Assembly (NCBI RefSeq): GCF_001610835.1
Contig: NZ_CP011270.1
Span: 7,871,256-7,935,255, forward strand
DNA: 64,000 bases
Direction: 5' to 3'
Origin: Planctomyces sp. SH-PL14
Lineage (GTDB): Bacteria; Planctomycetota; Planctomycetia; Planctomycetales; Planctomycetaceae
Below, piece after piece: positions 43,529-53,224 of the stretch. Position 1 is the first letter of the stretch; every line of letters starts with the position of its first letter. The translations under genes were made by a program, and so were the position numbers. The notes under the pieces were generated by a model. The model was not told where the DNA came from, made no database searches, and was given only the letters and a program-made list of their open reading frames with translations.

Positions 43529-45295
43529 GTGAGTTGTGGAGAGTGCGTCGTGGGCAGTCCGTTTGTCCGTTCCCTGGTCCTCACGTTGATTGCCGCGGCG
43601 GTTCCCCTGTCGTCGCGGGCCGCCGAGCCGTCGCGGCCCCGGCTGCTGGTGCTCGTCTACTTCGACCAGTTCCGAGGTGACTACCTGCGGCGGTGGCACG
43701 ACCAGTACGGCGAGGGGGGCTTCAAGCGGCTGGTGAGCGAGGGGGCCTGGTTCGCGAACTGCCACTACCCTTACGCCTACACCGTCACGGCGGCGGGGCA
43801 TGCCTCGGTCGCGACCGGGTGTCCCCCGGCCGAGCACGGCGTGGTGGGGAACGACTGGTACGAGCGGTCCGTTGGGAAGAGCGTCAACTGCGTCGGCTCG
43901 GACCAGGCGGAACAGGTCCCCCCCCGCACCGCCGAAGGGGATGATGCCGACGAGAAGAAGGGGGCCAAGGGGGGCGTCTCTCCCGAACGGCTGCTGAAGC
44001 CGACGATCGCCGACGCCCTCAAGCTGGCGACGGCCGGCCGAGGGAAGGTGGTCAGCCTCTCCCTCAAGAACCGCGGCGCCGCCCTGCCCGGCGGAAAGAC
44101 GCCGGATGTCTGCTGCTGGATGGACGGCGGCACGGGGCAGTTCGTCACCTCCACCTATTACACCGACAAAGGCGGCTCCGCGGGGCACCTCCCCGGATGG
44201 GTGGCGGATTTCAACGCGGGACGGCCGGCCGAGCAGTGGCGGGGGAAGATCTGGGACCGCCTGCGTCCCGAGCTCGACTACGTGAAGCTGAGCGGGCCGG
44301 ATGACGTCGTCGGGGAGAGCCTGGGGGCAGCGGGACAGGGGCGGGTCTTTCCGCACCCGTTCGAGCCGGCGGATCCCAAGGCGAAGTCCGCGTACCTGAG
44401 CGCGATCTATGCCTCGCCGTTCGGCAACGAGCTGCTGCTGGCGGCGGCCGAGGCGGCGCTCGCGGCCGAGAACCTGGGCGGGGACGACGTGCCCGACCTG
44501 CTGACCCTCAGCTTCTCGTCCAACGACGCCGTCGGGCATGCGTGGGGTCCGGACTCGCAGGAGGTCCTGGACGTGACGCTCCGCTCCGACCAGATCATGA
44601 GCCGCCTGCTCCAGGCGCTCGACGCCAAGGTCGGCAAGGGGGGCTACGTGCTGGTGATGTCCGCCGATCACGGGGTCTGTCCGCTCGTCGAGAACAGCCT
44701 CCAGCAGGGTCGGACGGCGGAGCGGGTCCAGCCCGCCTCCGCTCCGAAGGTCGAAGCGTTTCTGTCGGAGCGGTACGGCGACCGGAAGAAGGGGAAGTGG
44801 GTCGAGGCGGTCTCGGGGCCGTGGGTCTATCTGAAGCGGGAGGCGATCACGGCGGCCGGCGAGCGGCCGGCGGAGGTTGAGAAGACGCTGGCTGGCTGGG
44901 TGCTGGAGCAGTCCGGCGTGGAGGGGGTCTACACCCGGACCGCGCTGACGACGCCGGGGGGGGCGCTCGACGCCACGGGTCGGATGGTGGCGTTGTCGTT
45001 CCATCCGGAGCGGTGCGGGGATCTCTATGTCCTGCTGCGTCCCTACTGTCTCCCTGGGTCGGCCGGGACGGGGACGACGCACGGGAGTCCGTGGGAGTAC
45101 GACACGCATGTCCCGCTGGTCGTGTTTGGAGCGGGGGTAAAGCCGGGGGAGCGGGCCGACCGGGTGTCGCCGCTGTCGGCGGCGGCGATCCTGGCGAAGG
45201 CGGCGGGGATCGATCCTCCGACGGGGGCGGTGGCGAAGGTGCCGGAGGGGCTGTTCTCGGCGGAGCCGCAGACGGCGTCCCCGCCGGCAAAGTGA
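43529..45295 (+). CDS. Secreted alkaline-phosphatase-superfamily enzyme (type I phosphodiesterase / nucleotide pyrophosphatase-like)
   Basis: Signal peptide, then ...YPYAYTVTAAGHASVATGCPPAEHG... (Thr-nucleophile NPP motif, not a sulfatase CxPxR) and ...LVMSADHGV.... 588 aa. Confidence 0.8.
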   Translation: MSCGECVVGSPFVRSLVLTLIAAAVPLSSRAAEPSRPRLLVLVYFDQFRGDYLRRWHDQYGEGGFKRLVSEGAWFANCHYPYAYTVTAAGHASVATGCPPAEHGVVGNDWYERSVGKSVNCVGSDQAEQVPPRTAEGDDADEKKGAKGGVSPERLLKPTIADALKLATAGRGKVVSLSLKNRGAALPGGKTPDVCCWMDGGTGQFVTSTYYTDKGGSAGHLPGWVADFNAGRPAEQWRGKIWDRLRPELDYVKLSGPDDVVGESLGAAGQGRVFPHPFEPADPKAKSAYLSAIYASPFGNELLLAAAEAALAAENLGGDDVPDLLTLSFSSNDAVGHAWGPDSQEVLDVTLRSDQIMSRLLQALDAKVGKGGYVLVMSADHGVCPLVENSLQQGRTAERVQPASAPKVEAFLSERYGDRKKGKWVEAVSGPWVYLKREAITAAGERPAEVEKTLAGWVLEQSGVEGVYTRTALTTPGGALDATGRMVALSFHPERCGDLYVLLRPYCLPGSAGTGTTHGSPWEYDTHVPLVVFGAGVKPGERADRVSPLSAAAILAKAAGIDPPTGAVAKVPEGLFSAEPQTASPPAK

Positions 45296-45302
45296 CCTGG
45301 GC

Positions 45303-45360
45303 GCAACCCAACGTGATTCGGCCACCGGGGTGCAGGGGGTAACCCCTGCCCGCCGGAGGC
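45303..45360 (+). repeat. Dispersed repeat copy E (left-terminus module only)
   Basis: AACCCAACGTGATTCGGCCACCGGGGTGCAGGGGGTAACCCCTGCCCGCCGGAGGC corresponds to CCCATCGTGCCACGGCGGCCGGGGTCAAGGGGGCAACCCCTTGCCGCCGGAGGC of copy B. Confidence 0.65.
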
Positions 45361-45400
45361 GCTTCCATGAGGAACGCTTCAAGCCACACCGGCCATCGCC

Positions 45401-45703
45401 GTGCGACCCGGAGGAACGATGAACACGGGGGAACGGATCTACTGCTGGGCGGTCGGCGTGCTGACCGTCTCGGTGATTCCGGCGGTGCTGTTCGGCAAGA
45501 ACCTCCCCATCGTCTACCTCGATCTGGCGATCGTGCCGCTCTACCTGCTGGTGCTTCTGTTCCCGACAGGAGTCGTCCTCGCGTTCTGCCGTTCCACGCG
45601 GCGGCTGGCGGCCAGGTTCGCCGTCGCCCTGCTGGTCAGCGGAGTCTGGTTCGCGTTGCTGTGCGTGGTTCCGGCGGTGCGCGGAGGGGCGGGCGTGGGA
45701 TAG
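45401..45703 (+). CDS. Small hypothetical membrane protein
   Basis: 100-aa ORF with 2-3 TM segments. Low support. Confidence 0.35.
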   Translation: MRPGGTMNTGERIYCWAVGVLTVSVIPAVLFGKNLPIVYLDLAIVPLYLLVLLFPTGVVLAFCRSTRRLAARFAVALLVSGVWFALLCVVPAVRGGAGVG

Positions 45704-45805
45704 CCGGGCGTGTCGCCGGGATGTTCGGTTGACCGCGGACCACGGTCGCCGGGACAATCGAGCCCGAGGGTTGTGGCACGGCCGTTCCGCCAGACGAGGT
45801 CCGCC

Positions 45806-46537
45806 ATGAGTTCCGGACACGCGTGGAGATGCTCCTTAGGCGTCGTGCTGACGCTGGGCCTGATGACCGCCGCCCTCGCCGATCCTCCGAGCGAGCCCCC
45901 CTCCCAGCCGGGGCGGATCGACGTGGAGGTCGAGATCGCCGCCTCCGGAGGGAGCGTCTTCTACGACGTCGCCGGACCGGACCGCTCGATCGTCGAGGTG
46001 GTTCTCACGGGAGGCCGCCTCACTCCCGAAGCACTGGCCTCGCTGGCGGCTCCCCTTGCGAAGCTGCCGAAGCTGAAAAAGCTGACGATCGCCAGCAAGC
46101 TCATTCGGGATGACGACCTGCGGTCCCTGGCCCTGCTCCAGCAGCTCGAGGATCTCCAGCTCAACTGCGACGTGACCGGCGCCGGCGTGGCGCACCTGGG
46201 CAGCCTGCAGGGACTGACGAGCCTGGGCTTCTTTTGCAGCCCACAACTGACCGACACGGCTCTGATCCAGACCCGCACTCTGCCGCAGCTCAAGCGCCTG
46301 CGGCTCGCCTACACGTCGCGGATCACCGACACCGGCCTCAAGCTCCTGCGGACTATGCCGGCCCTGGAAGAACTGACTCTCAAGTCAACGGGTGTGACGT
46401 CCGAGGGGCTCGACGTGCTCAAGGAGTTTCCGGCGCTCAAGCGGGTCTCGGTCAGCGGCTCGCCCGCGTCCTCCTTCACTCGGGAGCGGATCCGGCAGCT
46501 GAAAGCGGACCTTCCGGGGTGCGAGATCACGAACTGA
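45806..46537 (+). CDS. Secreted leucine-rich-repeat protein
   Basis: Signal peptide MSSGHAWRCSLGVVLTLGLMTAALA, then LRR units (LPKLKKLTIAS..., LEDLQLNCDVTGAGVAHLGSLQGLTSLGFF..., LPQLKRLRLAYTSRITDTGLKLLRTMPALEELTLKST...). Confidence 0.7.
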   Translation: MSSGHAWRCSLGVVLTLGLMTAALADPPSEPPSQPGRIDVEVEIAASGGSVFYDVAGPDRSIVEVVLTGGRLTPEALASLAAPLAKLPKLKKLTIASKLIRDDDLRSLALLQQLEDLQLNCDVTGAGVAHLGSLQGLTSLGFFCSPQLTDTALIQTRTLPQLKRLRLAYTSRITDTGLKLLRTMPALEELTLKSTGVTSEGLDVLKEFPALKRVSVSGSPASSFTRERIRQLKADLPGCEITN

Positions 46538-46618
46538 AGGCGTGCCTTCGTTGATCCTTGATGCGGTCCGTTCGTGAGGATGTGGTTTGGTCAGGTGATG
46601 TCACGGCGCAAGAAAAGA

Positions 46619-46643
46619 GACGCACTTCACTTTGAAGTGCGTC
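46619..46643. terminator. Hairpin terminator between convergent genes (perfect 11-bp stem GACGCACTTCA-CTT-TGAAGTGCGTC)
   Basis: On the minus strand it is followed by a U-rich stretch (complement of AAGAAAAGAGA), so it most plausibly terminates the 46674..48503 gene. It may also act for the plus-strand LRR gene. Confidence 0.5.
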
Positions 46644-46673
46644 CCCCTCCTCGATTGCGTCGGCTGCGCCTCG

Positions 46674-48503
46674 TCAATCCGCCTTCATCGCCTTCCGGAA
46701 GCTCGCCAGGTCAAACGCCGCCCCCTTCTTCGCCGCCGCGATCTTCCCCGGCCTGGAAGCTCCTCCCCCCTTCTCCGACGTCCCCGCCCCGGACTTCTCC
46801 TTCGCAGTCCGCGAATCAAACGCGGACGAATCGAAAACGGACGACGCCGGCTTCGTCCCCGACTTGGCGACGGATTTCGCTTCGGACTTCGTCTGCGGCA
46901 CGCGGACACTCTCCGTCGGGAAGACCTCCCAGAGATTGTCCGCCGGATCGATCGCCAGCGACACCCGCACCGCGGAGTCGTAGAAGCACCGCTCCGCGTC
47001 TTCCCCCTCCTTGCCGCGATTGAAGCGGATCACGATCGGATAGACCCCCGCATGCTCCCGCGTGGCGCCGGGAGCCAGCTCGAAGGACTCTCCCCCCGCC
47101 TGATAGTGGAACGGAGCGTCCATCCCCACGCTCTCCATCGTCACCTTGAACTTGCGGCTCCCCAGCTGCCACCGGCCGTCCGCCAGCGTGAAGACGTACG
47201 TGCCGTCCGTCAGCGAGTACCGCGTCGGCGAACCGCCGTTCCCCGGATCAAAGCTGATCTCGCGGCTGCTGCCGGGGTTCACGTGCTCCCACCGATCGGC
47301 CTCCAGGCTGTAGCTCTGTCCGCCGAGAAGGAAGTTGACCGCCCCGCCGGTTTCCGAGTCGTTGTAAAGCCGGATTCCGGTCTTGTCGTCGGACACATCG
47401 GCAAAGCCCGCGTCGCTCGGACCGACCGGCAGACCGATCAGGTCGGCCGTCGTCGTCGTCAGGCACGCGATCGGCTCGCCCGGCTCGATCCCGGTGATGA
47501 GACCGCCGCCGGGGAGATAGAAGATCTGCCCGGGCGGGAGACCGGGGATCACCGCCAGATCGATCTCGTCCGACGGCAGGACGGGGTCGAACGGATCGGC
47601 CGGATACTCGTCGTCGAACATCCCCGCGATCTCGCTGCGGGTCTGCAGGTCCGTCGTCAGCTTGGCGATCCGCTTGATGTCGCTTTCAGTCAGCTCGTCA
47701 TTCTTGTCCGCCACGGCGGTCTCGAGCGCCTTCTCGTACGCTTCGATCATCTCGTCGGTGACCGGTTCCCCCGCCGCCACCTGGTCCTTGATGTCGTCCA
47801 GAGCTTCCTGAACGGCCGGAACGTCCCCGACGCCGAGATCGTCCGCCGCCGTCTGCAAGTCTTTGACGTCCGCGTCGATCGAATCTTTCAGCGCCTTCTG
47901 AACGGCCGAGTAGTCCTCATCCGCCAGAACGGCGACGTCCGCCGGATCGTACTCCAGGGTGTTGTCCGTCAGCGGAGCCGCGATCGGCGGCGGGACGTTG
48001 GGAACGTTTTGCGGGACGACGTTCGGCTGCGGCGTGATGACCACCGTCGGCCCCCGCTGCAGAGGCTGCGGCTGAACCGGGATCCGCTGTGGAACGACGT
48101 CGGGCTGCCGCGGGATGTAGTCATACCGCGGCGGGTTGTTCGTCTGCGGCCGCATTCCCCCCTCAGGAAGGATCCGCCGGCCATTGTTCGGCTGTTGGGG
48201 TTGCGCAGGCCGTTGCGGTTGTTGTGGGATACCCCGTAGCGCGTCTTCCAATAATCTCGCTGCGTCCTGCCCCGACAGGTTCCGATTGTTCTGCGGCGCG
48301 CTCTCTGGAACAAAGCCTTTGGGAAACAGGTTCTGGTTCGGCTGGGTCCGGGGCCGGACATTCGTGTCGGTCTCGGCCTTGATCCCGCCGCTCGGTCGCG
48401 ACGCCCGGTTGCTGCGCGCATTCTGCGCCCGGATCGGCGACACCGACAGACAGGCCGCCAGACCAACACCGCAGAAAAGCCCCCAACGCCATGTCCGACG
48501 CAT
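46674..48503 (-). CDS. Secreted Pro/Gln-rich hypothetical protein
   Basis: Start taken at the internal ATG giving signal peptide MRRTWRWGLFCGVGLAACLSVSPIRA. A low-complexity PQ-rich region is followed by a ~300-aa globular C-terminal domain. The upstream 84 codons of the long ORF look non-coding. Confidence 0.5.
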   Translation of the reverse strand: MRRTWRWGLFCGVGLAACLSVSPIRAQNARSNRASRPSGGIKAETDTNVRPRTQPNQNLFPKGFVPESAPQNNRNLSGQDAARLLEDALRGIPQQPQRPAQPQQPNNGRRILPEGGMRPQTNNPPRYDYIPRQPDVVPQRIPVQPQPLQRGPTVVITPQPNVVPQNVPNVPPPIAAPLTDNTLEYDPADVAVLADEDYSAVQKALKDSIDADVKDLQTAADDLGVGDVPAVQEALDDIKDQVAAGEPVTDEMIEAYEKALETAVADKNDELTESDIKRIAKLTTDLQTRSEIAGMFDDEYPADPFDPVLPSDEIDLAVIPGLPPGQIFYLPGGGLITGIEPGEPIACLTTTTADLIGLPVGPSDAGFADVSDDKTGIRLYNDSETGGAVNFLLGGQSYSLEADRWEHVNPGSSREISFDPGNGGSPTRYSLTDGTYVFTLADGRWQLGSRKFKVTMESVGMDAPFHYQAGGESFELAPGATREHAGVYPIVIRFNRGKEGEDAERCFYDSAVRVSLAIDPADNLWEVFPTESVRVPQTKSEAKSVAKSGTKPASSVFDSSAFDSRTAKEKSGAGTSEKGGGASRPGKIAAAKKGAAFDLASFRKAMKAD

Positions 48504-48790
48504 GATTCTCGCCCCGTTCGTGAAGACTGCACCGCCCCATCGCCCACGCCGGGCCAGTCTAACGGTGCTGCAATCCGCCCCACAGAACCCCAGCACGTCT
48601 TTAGGATTTGTAATCCAATCGCGATTGCCAGTCCGTTCGTGCGCTTCCGTTTCGACGGTGGTCGGAGCGACGCAGCCCGGCGACGCGTCCAGTCTCCCCC
48701 CCCCGGGGCGAGTGACCTCCCCGCCTCGGCGCTCGCCAGACCACCCCCTCCGCACAGCCTCTCCGGCGTTCCATACGCCCCCGCTTCCCC

Positions 48791-49660
48791 TCAGTCGAAG
48801 ACGAGCGTCAACCCCGCCCGTTGCAGCGTCGCCAGACTGCGGCGGATCCCGTCTACCGTGTCATGCAGCGGCTCGTACTCGATCAGGTACACCCCATCAA
48901 ACCGCATCCGGCTCAGCAGCTCCGGATAGTCCAGGTCATCGTCTCCCACGCCGCACGCCTCCCACCCCGAGCCGACCCGCCTCCAGTCCTTGAGATGACA
49001 GTAGTTGATCCGCGAATCGAGCAGATCCAGGTGCAGCGCCGTCGCAGACCCCTCCGCCGCCTTGATGTTCCCAGGGTCGTAGTTAATCCCGATTGCGGCC
49101 GGCATCTCCCGAAGCAGCCTCTCGAGCGCCTGCCGATCGGTCGTCACCGTCGGCTGGTGAACCGCTTCGCCGGCGGGACCGGCCGCGATGGCGCCGTGCG
49201 TCTCGATCGCAATCCGCAGGTCATGGTTCCCGGCCTCGACGGCACACATCTCCAGGGCCGTGAGCAACTGCCGCCAGAGGGGTTCAGTCATTGAAGCCAG
49301 GGGCGTGAACCCCGCGAACAGCCGCACGTGCGTCGCCCGGCAGGCGTCCGCGACCCGGATCTGCCGGAGGACCTTCTCCAGCATCGCCCGGTGCGCCGCG
49401 GGATCGGGGAGGGTGAAGTCGTTCTCGATGCAGCAGAAGGGGGTGACGATGTCGAACTCGTCGCCGAGCCGGAGGAACGCGTCGATCTCGTCGTTCGCAG
49501 GCTCCTCCGCGAGCCGGCCGAGACGTCCGCCGCCGATCCCGAACTCCAGGACGCGAAAGCCGAAGTCGCGGGCGATCTCGAAGTGCCTCCGCATAGGAAG
49601 GTCCCGAAACCCCCACTCTCCACAACCGACGCGCAGCGGACGAAGCCTTCGAGCGGTCAC
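48791..49660 (-). CDS. Sugar phosphate isomerase/epimerase (xylose isomerase-like TIM barrel)
   Basis: 289 aa. ...HVRLFAG...IAIETHG...GINYDPGNIKAAEG...YLIEYEP matches the AP-endonuclease 2/xylose-isomerase-like TIM-barrel pattern. Confidence 0.8.
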   Translation of the reverse strand: MTARRLRPLRVGCGEWGFRDLPMRRHFEIARDFGFRVLEFGIGGGRLGRLAEEPANDEIDAFLRLGDEFDIVTPFCCIENDFTLPDPAAHRAMLEKVLRQIRVADACRATHVRLFAGFTPLASMTEPLWRQLLTALEMCAVEAGNHDLRIAIETHGAIAAGPAGEAVHQPTVTTDRQALERLLREMPAAIGINYDPGNIKAAEGSATALHLDLLDSRINYCHLKDWRRVGSGWEACGVGDDDLDYPELLSRMRFDGVYLIEYEPLHDTVDGIRRSLATLQRAGLTLVFD

Positions 49661-49997
49661 AGCATGCTCCTTCCCATGAACGGGGGAACGACATCCTAAG
49701 ACGGGCGAGATGGCGTGACCACAGCATGGGTGCCTGTCCGTTGCGCGGCTTCACGGGCATGGAGTTGTTGCCGCTGCTCCAAGTCCCCGAGAACACAGCC
49801 GCACAAAGCCGGTGCCAGGCCACGCCGCGGTTGCGGCCTCCTTCTTGAAGCCGACATCTTGCAATATATTCGGATCTCTGACGCGTCAGCGGATTCGAAG
49901 GCAGATCCGTCAAGGACCTCATTGCCACCGAATGGCGATTCGACCTGGGCCGGCAGGCGCGTTCGAACGTTGGCGTGTCGAGGTGAGTGCAAATCAT

Positions 49998-50068
49998 TCC
50001 GGGGTAGTTCAGCGGTAGAACGCTCGGCTTGGACCGAGTGGGCGCTGGTTCGAATCCAGCCCCCGGAC
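49998..50068 (+). tRNA. tRNA-Pro (anticodon TGG); the anticodon loop counts only 6 nt in my hand fold
   Basis: Acceptor TCCGGGG/CCCCGGA, D-arm GTTC-AGCGGTA-GAAC, anticodon arm CTCGG-CTTGGA-CCGAG, T-arm GCTGG-TTCGAAT-CCAGC, discriminator C. Confidence 0.6.
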
Positions 50069-50089
50069 CCAATCTGCGGTGATCGTGAG

Positions 50090-52453
50090 ATGGCAGAGCG
50101 CGCACAAGAACCGGGCGGCGAGGTGAAGCCGACAAACGTGAGCCCGGGGTACGCCGCTTTCCAGATCGCAAAAGCTCTGACGACCAGCGAGCAACACGAT
50201 GACCCAGCGACCCGGCAACGGGCGAGGGAGAAGATCTCCCGCTGGGAGACGGTCCTCAAAAACATCCTGACGGGGTCCGTCCAGTACGGGGCGAGGACGC
50301 CCATCGAAGGAATCCCGGGCTGGGCCACTCTGGAAGTTGCCGCCGGTGGCTTTGCCACGGGCGAACTCCTGGCAGGTGGTCCTCTCCAGGAACACGAGGC
50401 GACGTTCCTCGAACGCATCCCGGGAACTCCGGCAGGTGACGAGCGTCTCGCACTGAATGCTCATTTCCTGTCCGACGCGGGCCTCGCCGAACTGACTGGC
50501 CGGATTCATTCAGGCTGCTACGACGTATCCGTTCCGGAGGAGGGGGCCCTGCTGGTCACGGCATGGCTCGTGGAGAACGGGCACGTCGAGGAGGCCCGCG
50601 AACTGCTCAACGAGCTTTCGCCGTTCTTCCCGCGACTTCGCTTCTACCCGGTTCCATTGGAGCAACCGCACCGATTCGGTTCACGCATCCACCTGCAGGA
50701 CGTGCGCAAGACGATCGAGGACCTCCGCAGGATCAAACCCAACCCGCGCATCGCGGCGCAGCGGAGGGCCGTCCGCGTTTGGCTCCCGCTCCACGACCGC
50801 ATCATTGCGATGTTCCTCGAAACCGTCGTGAATGGCTGGCCCTGCCAGCACTACCCCGACGCTTGGCCGCAGCGCGCCCTCGGCATCCTCCGCGAGTGGT
50901 CGGCGTTGAAAGAGGAGCAAGCCCCCGGTGGAAAGACAGAACGGCCGCATGGACATGCCGCTCAGCTTCGTCAGTTCCTCGACAAGTGCGCCCGATTTCC
51001 GGGCAGCTTGACCGGCCGCGAAGTGGGACGCGTTCGCCACATTCTCGATCGCTACCTGACGAAACGGGGGGCGCCGGATTCCCCACGTTGCGTCGAGGCG
51101 CGACGACAGCAAGCGGCGGATGTCAGTGCTCCGACTTTTCACGCGATCGCCGCTATCGTGGTCCCGCGCCTGGAGAGGCACGCCGGCGCGGATGGGATTG
51201 ACAATGTGAGTTCGCTGAACGGGCCCGTCACGGCGCAAGAGGCCGACTTCTCCGGGGTTCCCGAAGGGACCGTCGTTCCGACTTCGATCCGGCGCAAGGT
51301 CGAGCGTTGCTTGAACGAAACCGTCGCCGTGCTGATCGAGCGCGGGTTGATCACCTCGGGGGAAACGCTGGCCAGGATCTTGCCGCAGATGACTTCCGGC
51401 CTTCGCGCCCTGGGAATCAGGGATCCGACGCTGAGACAACTCTATGCCGCGATCTACCGCGCTTTCCGGCAGCGACGCTCGCTCCTCCTCCTGAACCTCG
51501 AGAAGCAGGTTCAGATTGAAGAGCTGCCCTGGGTCAGGGCAATCGAGCGGTTTCGGAGCGACGACCTCTCCAGTAAGGAGTTTGCCCGACAGGCCCTTGA
51601 GGAAATCGCGGTCCTGACGCTGTCATCGTTCCCTCACGCCATCCTCCCGAACAAGCTCCTTCAGGAGCTGCGCGCTCTCGTGAAGAGTGCCGATCTGGAG
51701 ATACCCCTGGTCGACGAACTGGCGGCCGACATTTTCATGGGGCAGTTCTCCGGAAAGTTCGTCGAGGCGGCCTGGCGTGCAGCCGACCTGCTGACTGGCT
51801 CGCTTTACGCGCGCTACTACAGCGTCGACTACGAGGTCGTTCGGAAGCTGCCAAAAGCGCAGGAACCGACAAAGGGAACGTCGTTCGGGGAGGCGCGACA
51901 GCCAGATTCGGACCTGTTCGCCCAGTACTGCGCGGCCGGCGCCGGAGTCTCGCTTGGAAGCGGGGATCCCGCGACCAATGGAATGATCCTCGAGCGGCAG
52001 CAGATTCTCACGACGCAGAACCTCGCCGCATTGTTCGTCGGGTTGAACCTGAACACTGAACTCCGTGGGGAACTCGCCGGGATGGCTCAACATTGCTTCC
52101 AGTGGATCTGCCAGCGTCAGCAGACGAAGGTCGATCTGTGGCACGCCAGGTTGACGATGTTGAAGAACACCGCCTCAGCGTGGCGTCAGATGGTTTTCTT
52201 TCTGGCCCTGCTTCCCACGACCGCCGTCGCCGAGTTCCTCGCTTGGGCGGACGACCATCTCACCAGGCAGACCGAAGCGTTTCGGCATCGATTTCGACCC
52301 GCGCTCCGCGGCCTGGAACTGGCGGCAGACGGCGTCTCCATTGACCAGTTCCCAAACGATAGGGAGATCCGTTGCTTTCTTGGCTGGTCGAAGACAAGAC
52401 ACTGGCTCTTGCCCGATGACGACTCACGAGCAGGGAGGCCCTCCAACGGGTGA
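50090..52453 (+). CDS. Large hypothetical protein (787 aa) starting 22 nt after tRNA-Pro
   Basis: The long ORF 49715..52453 reads through the tRNA, so the start is placed at the first ATG after it (50090, same frame). No recognisable catalytic motif. Confidence 0.55.
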   Translation: MAERAQEPGGEVKPTNVSPGYAAFQIAKALTTSEQHDDPATRQRAREKISRWETVLKNILTGSVQYGARTPIEGIPGWATLEVAAGGFATGELLAGGPLQEHEATFLERIPGTPAGDERLALNAHFLSDAGLAELTGRIHSGCYDVSVPEEGALLVTAWLVENGHVEEARELLNELSPFFPRLRFYPVPLEQPHRFGSRIHLQDVRKTIEDLRRIKPNPRIAAQRRAVRVWLPLHDRIIAMFLETVVNGWPCQHYPDAWPQRALGILREWSALKEEQAPGGKTERPHGHAAQLRQFLDKCARFPGSLTGREVGRVRHILDRYLTKRGAPDSPRCVEARRQQAADVSAPTFHAIAAIVVPRLERHAGADGIDNVSSLNGPVTAQEADFSGVPEGTVVPTSIRRKVERCLNETVAVLIERGLITSGETLARILPQMTSGLRALGIRDPTLRQLYAAIYRAFRQRRSLLLLNLEKQVQIEELPWVRAIERFRSDDLSSKEFARQALEEIAVLTLSSFPHAILPNKLLQELRALVKSADLEIPLVDELAADIFMGQFSGKFVEAAWRAADLLTGSLYARYYSVDYEVVRKLPKAQEPTKGTSFGEARQPDSDLFAQYCAAGAGVSLGSGDPATNGMILERQQILTTQNLAALFVGLNLNTELRGELAGMAQHCFQWICQRQQTKVDLWHARLTMLKNTASAWRQMVFFLALLPTTAVAEFLAWADDHLTRQTEAFRHRFRPALRGLELAADGVSIDQFPNDREIRCFLGWSKTRHWLLPDDDSRAGRPSNG

Positions 52454-52573
52454 AGCGGCGGGACTTTCATCCCGGCCATGTGGCACGCCCTTCCTGCGGC
52501 GCGCCGTGGCGGAGACTCTTCGATGCCCGTGCAAAGCCGCGGGGACGTTCCCTCGCCCGTTGTCGCGGGTCGT

Positions 52574-53224
52574 TCATTCGGCGTCGGGAGGAGCGACGCG
52601 CACGCGGTATGCGGCCACGACATCGCCTCCCGTCCAGGTGTTGATTCCAAACGCTCCCATCTTCTGATTGTGAACGACGACCTGGAGTTCGTATTCGCCG
52701 ATCCTCTGGGGAGCGATCCCGAGACCAGCGTGCGGTTCGTTCGGACGCTTCGGTCGCCGCTTTGAGAGGTGGTGAATGCTCCTCACGATCTCCTGGTCGC
52801 TCCACGGAACGTCCTGGGCGAAACGAATCCAGACATTCAAAAGATCCTTCCCGGCGATCCACGGCCCCTGGGCCGACCAGGGCTCCCGCGGCTTCGGCGT
52901 GCCTTCGGCCGCCAGTTGCAGATCGATCTGGATCGCCAGCTTCTCGCCGGGCCGCAGCGTCAGGCCGTCTACGACCGGCCGGCCATTGATGGTCCATCCC
53001 TTGGCGGTTGCGATTCGGCTCAGTGTCCGGGCCGGCGGTTGGCCCGGCGCTGGACTCGGAGCCTGGCCCGGCTTGGTGTCCGAAACGAAGGAATGACGCG
53101 GCGGGACCGCCGGGGGAACGATCGACCGTTGCCAGAGCACGACACCACCGATGAGGACGATGGCGACAGCGGTGAGGCCAGCGATCCGAACGGAGTTAGT
53201 CATCTCCAACGACATCATTGCCAC
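52574..53224 (-). CDS. Hypothetical membrane-anchored protein downstream of the DUF1559 gene
   Basis: 216-aa ORF with an N-terminal TM segment. Overlaps the DUF1559 stop by 29 nt. Confidence 0.45.
   Translation of the reverse strand: MAMMSLEMTNSVRIAGLTAVAIVLIGGVVLWQRSIVPPAVPPRHSFVSDTKPGQAPSPAPGQPPARTLSRIATAKGWTINGRPVVDGLTLRPGEKLAIQIDLQLAAEGTPKPREPWSAQGPWIAGKDLLNVWIRFAQDVPWSDQEIVRSIHHLSKRRPKRPNEPHAGLGIAPQRIGEYELQVVVHNQKMGAFGINTWTGGDVVAAYRVRVAPPDAE

Noticed and set aside
46632-48239. 535-aa plus-strand ORF antisense to the secreted PQ-rich protein gene
   Set aside because: Arg-rich low-complexity product, fully nested antisense to a gene with a signal peptide.
49880-49960. Promoter (TTGCAA...TATATT) and 12-bp palindrome CTGACGCGTCAG upstream of tRNA-Pro
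   Set aside because: The spacer is too short for a sigma70 -35/-10 pair. The palindrome is a single GC-rich hexamer-pair without other supporting features.
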